Shown in pieces: positions 59,281 to 64,000 of a stretch of 64,000 nucleotides of DNA; position 1 is the first letter of the stretch; the number at the start of each line of letters is the position of its first letter. The notes under the pieces are model-generated. The model ran no database searches. It was not told the origin of the DNA and worked only from the letters and a program-made list of their open reading frames with translations. A program made the translations under genes and the position numbers. The stretch comes from the human T2T-CHM13v2.0 reference genome, Homo sapiens, in assembly GCF_009914755.1 (NCBI RefSeq), contig NC_060928.1; one strand, written 5' to 3'.

Positions 59281-60751
59281 ATATATATCTTAATGGCCAA
59301 AACTGGGTTGTGTGCCCTTTCGCCAAGCCAATCGTGGACAAGGAAGATGAGACCCTTATGATTGTGACCTTTCAGAGTCTATTTGAGTTGAATGGAAAAG
59401 TATGAATTCCCATTCATACCCCAGAATGAATTTGAGCCATGGCAACATAAAAAAGAAGCATGTGACTGTTAGGTTGACAATACACATGGTGTGCTATAAA
59501 TGTCAGGGTTAGCAATTTTGCATGGGAGCAGAAGTCACCATTTGCAGTAGGTTTTGAGTAAAGTAGGGTTAATAAAGAAAAAAAGAGGCAATCATGAGCT
59601 AAAAAGTAATAAAAGCTTTTCCCAGCCTAGGAAAGAAATAAAACAACATTGGACATGGTAACATTGGACAATCATGCAGCTTGAGATTGTCCAATTATTT
59701 TGTGTCTTTATGTACTCTATCTACTTAAGGCTTTATACATGCCTAATGTAGTGTTAGTTATTTAATTAAGTTTCTTGGTAGAACTTGATTTTGCTTATCT
59801 CATTTTTTGAATATTTTGAGGAATGCTCAATCATGCCATTAGAAAATATTATCCAAAGTTGCTTGGGGGAAATGAACTGTCTCATATGTTTTATTTTTTT
59901 TTTTGTACACATTAAAATTTATCTTTCTAGACTTAGGCATGGAGATCCTGTAATAAACTGTTTACTTCCTTATTCTGCCACCCACTGCATTTGCTACAGC
60001 TTGCTATTAGAGACATTAGAGACTCGTATTTTGTACATATTTGGACAATTAGCCAATAGGCTTAGGTTTGATGGTTGAATTGATTAATTAGTCCTTTACC
60101 AAATGGCATGTCATTGACCTTGTATTTCTCTTTCTTGTTGTTTCTACCATGAAAACTTTTGCTAAATACATTTCTGCAAAATGATAGTCAGGACTTCAGC
60201 AATGGCCAGATAGATTGCTTTATTAAACAAAGGAAAAAAGAATAGATTTTCACCTTTTGAAATCTGTAGTTCTGTGTAGATTTTTGTTTTGTTTCAAACA
60301 AGAGATCCTGTAAATAATCAGTCCTGGAATCTTGTTCATGTTTGCTAAATAAGCCTAGACCCAAATTTTGCAAAATTTACCCTTTTCACCTTTTTGAACC
60401 TGAATCCTGTATTTTTCTGTTTTCTATTATCATGATTTATTTCGTTCTCCAGATTTCCTCAAAGGCTTCAAATATGAGTCAACAGTCTTATCCGGCATTT
60501 TTAAAGAACTTTCGGAAAGATCTCAAACATATTTTGAAGGGCTAATTCTCCCTTACTTTGGCCTTTTGGGCCTTTTGGCCAAAATTCTGCTTTTGACAAT
60601 CTGAGGATTATATTAACTGGCAACTAAAAGGCCAACGGAAGTTGAGTAGTTCTAGTCTCATTATCACATATTAATAGAGTTCCATCACTCCAATCTGCAC
60701 ACTTATTCCATGAACTTTCAGAATAAAATGAACAATATCCCATAGTGATGA

Positions 60752-60958
60752 GATACACAGGCTTTAGAGTGTGCCTGCCTGGATTTGAGCCCTGGCTCTG
60801 CCACTTATTAGCAGTGTGATCTCATTGAGCCTTCATGATGGCGGTAATAATAGCATTGACTTCATAACACTATTGTGGAAGTTACATGAGATAATGTCTC
60901 AAAGACACTTAGCATAGTGCTGGGCACATTGTAGTTGCTCAAAAATTGTAGCTAAACT
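60752..60958 (+). mobile_element. MIR
   Basis: ctgcctggatttgagccctggctctgccacttattagcagtgtga...cacttagcatagtgctgggcaca. Confidence 0.85.
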
Positions 60959-61654
60959 ATTTTGCTAAAGAAAAAAAGAGAAAGAGATGGTATAGAAGTG
61001 AGAAAAATTACACTTTGAGGGGATATTTTCTACATACGGTAGAAATGCAGTAATTCTAGGAGATTAAATATATGCAGTCAGTGATCAAGGTGTTAAGTGC
61101 ACGTGGCATTGCAAGTTGGCTACTTTTGTAGATGACTCTTGCTAAGATCTCATGACAACGGATGACTATAGCAATTTAGAGGGTGTGTAACTTCTAAAGA
61201 GCCAGAAAACTTAATCAAACTTATCTGAGCTTTGACCTTCACTTTCTGTAAGCACTTGGGAAGCGTAAGAAGGTTTTTTTGTTTTCTTTTTCTTCTGAGT
61301 CTTACCTCAGATGCCCTTTGGTGTGTCTTACATTTCAGGCACTACCCTCTGAGAGATTCATTTTCTCCTCCCATGTGTCCCTCCCTTTATAAACAAGAAC
61401 TGTATATCCTAGCCTGCATCTAAATGGGCTCTCTCCTTGTTGAGAATATATTAAGATCCATTGATCTTCAGGACCTGGAAGTCATCTGTAGCCCCCTGAA
61501 TGAAAAGCCATGCTGTGTTTTGTGCCTCTGTAGGACCTGCCCCACTGTGAGCCCCACAGCTTAACCTTGGAAGTAGACAGCGAAGGATTTTTCTAGTCTC
61601 AGACTGTGGATGTGTCTGACATGTTGGGTAAACAGTGAAAGTAAGCATGTTATA

Positions 61655-62020
61655 ATAATATATGTACAAGCTGTTTTACTGCAGCACTATCTGTGATACA
61701 GACTAAATGTTTGTCAGAGAGTAGTCAAATTATGGCACATCCGTGAGATGGGATAGTAGGTAGACATTAAAATGAATGAGAAATATCTATATACAGTAAC
61801 ACAAAAATTTCCATAACTATTGTTGGGTGGAAAAAAAACAAATTGTGGAATATTACGTATAGTTGATCCTGTTCTTTTGTATGCAAACATATGTATATGT
61901 GCAAAAAGGTCTGCAAGTCTAGTAATTGAACTATTAACAGTGATAACCCCGGAGCAATGGGAAGTGGGGGCATATCAGGATAGAAACTTTTACTTTTATT
62001 TAACACATGTCTATAATGTT
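61655..62020 (+). mobile_element. Old L1ME-type 3' fragment
   Basis: ttttactgcagcacta...aaattatggcacatcc...cattaaaatgaatgag...aactattaacagtgataacc. Confidence 0.65.
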
Positions 62021-62896
62021 TGAATGATTCACGGTGAACCAGAATTCTTATGATAATTAGAAAAATAAAACTTATCTTCAAGTAAAAGCTTTTTCCACTT
62101 TAGCCACATTAATTGCCAGTTATTTTAAAATTATTTTTAGAAATGAAAAATCAGAAAATATTTCACATCCACCCCTCCTTCCATCCATAATACTGGAATC
62201 TGGTGATAAAAATTAAAGTAATGGCCCTGGAATCATTCAATTTGATCCCAATTTGCACTTTAAGATACAAGATTAAAATAGTAATTTAATAATTTAAAAA
62301 TTGATGTTGTCAATTCTACATATATTAAAGAAAATTTTTTTTAATTAGGGGAAAAATCTTTTCTTATACAATTTCTGTACTGAAGGCTTAAAGGGATATT
62401 TGTTTGAGGGAAAATAGCTCAGAAACCAATTGGATAAAACAAAGGACAAAGAAGTAATTGGATATTGGGATAGTGTATGGAAAAACCTAGTGCCTGGCGT
62501 ATCAGTGCTGAGCTTAGGAAAGCTTTGTTGTTGTTATTTTAATAAACTTAACCACAGATTGCCTAAGGTCACAAGACACGGGATATTTTAAGTGTCAGTT
62601 TCGGAATGTGTATGTGTGAATTAGATAAGGGGATGGAAAGAGGCTCAAAGGGAGAAGGAGAGAAAGAAAGAGAAGGAGAGCTAGAAGGAGATGTGGATGG
62701 GTAAGAACCAGAGCGAGCTATGGAGAGAGAAATGTCCTTACTTCTCAGAGTTGACTCCTGCTCCTGCCCCTGGATTCGGCTTCAAGGTTAGAGAAAGTTA
62801 ACTCTGAGAAAACCTAGAATGTGAAAAATGACTTTTAAAAATTATCAAAGATAAAAATTTTGAGGGAAAAGGAAAATGAATTTATTTACTGATCAG

Positions 62897-63126
62897 CTTA
62901 CTTAACTTACTTATTTACTTGAGATGGGGTATCACTCTGTCATCCAGGCTGGAGTGCAGTGGTGAGATCACGGCTCACTTGCAACCTCAAGTACCGTGAC
63001 TCAAGCCATGCTCCCACCTCAGACTCCTGAGTAGCTGGGACTACAGGCACCACCATGCCCAGCTAATTTTTCTTTTTTTAAATTTTCATTTTGTAGAGAT
63101 GGGGGTCTTCCTATGTTGCCCAAGCT
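62897..63126 (-). mobile_element. 5'-truncated AluJ
   Basis: Right arm, linker and a short piece of left arm; stops at gttgcccaagct. Confidence 0.85.
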
Positions 63127-63301
63127 TATTCATTTATTTTTAATTGAAGATAAAATAACAGAAAAGTATCTTCATTCTACAGCCTCAAAGAATCAGAGAG
63201 ATGGAAGAGCACTGGTAGGTTTTCAAATCCAAACTTCCATCCATTAAAAACTGCTTCCATAATATTTTTGGTCATCACATTTCTGTTTAAGAATTACTTG
63301 A

Positions 63302-63615
<314 letters not shown>

Positions 63616-63894
63616 TTTACTTGAAGCAGGGAGCTCATTTTTAAAAATTTTTATTTTTAGACAGAATGTTGCAGGGCATACCATGGACTTGCCCTGGAGA
63701 AAGAATTGTGCGTTTTCCAATCTCTGACATCAACTAGCAGAATGAATTCTGGCAAATCATTTAAACTCTCGAAGCTTTATTTTTCTCATCTGTAGCCTGT
63801 TTTACTAAGCAGTTAGGTTCAGAGGCTACCACAGTCCTGTATACCTTTAAAAGACAATGTGAAGTCCAGTTCTGTGGTTTCATTTGGGGTAGAA

Positions 63895-64000
63895 ATGTAG
63901 TAAAACACAGCCAGCATAAGTTTTAGAGTGAGTAAACCTGGGTGTGAATATTGACTTACATTTTCTGGTTGGGTGACCTTGGACAAATCACCTGATCTAC
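63895..64000 (+). mobile_element. MIR 5' part
   Basis: cctgggtgtgaat...ggtgaccttggacaaatcacctga. Confidence 0.65.

Noticed and set aside
60558-60584. ggccttttggc resembling U2 stem-loop I
   Set aside because: Only 11 nt match, within a local short repeat, with no U2 flanks or TSD.

Overview
AT-rich, CpG-poor primate (most likely human or great ape) intergenic or deep-intronic DNA. I see no recognisable host protein-coding exon, CpG island, tRNA/rRNA gene or CRISPR array. All long ORFs are LINE-1 ORF2 remnants, and the short ones are repeat-derived or look like chance. The window is a layered record of transposons. It holds three L1PA insertions, all 5'-inverted (twin-primed): two sit inside one Tigger2, and one sits inside an MLT1A LTR that is itself inside an L2. 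Also present are nine Alu elements or monomers, ERVL/MaLR/HERV-K(HML-3) LTRs, Tigger3, MER58A, MER5, many MIR/L2 relics, microsatellites and a 36-nt tailless U2 snRNA retrocopy. Four multi-kb stretches with few recognisable repeats may hold regulatory elements or lncRNA exons. I did not find a credible previously undescribed biological system. The best leads are mechanistic: the L1 inversion junctions, a template-switch double palindrome in a THE1 LTR, the U2 retrocopy, perfect tandem duplications and candidate + strand exons. Subfamily names come from recalled consensus sequences, not from a database search.
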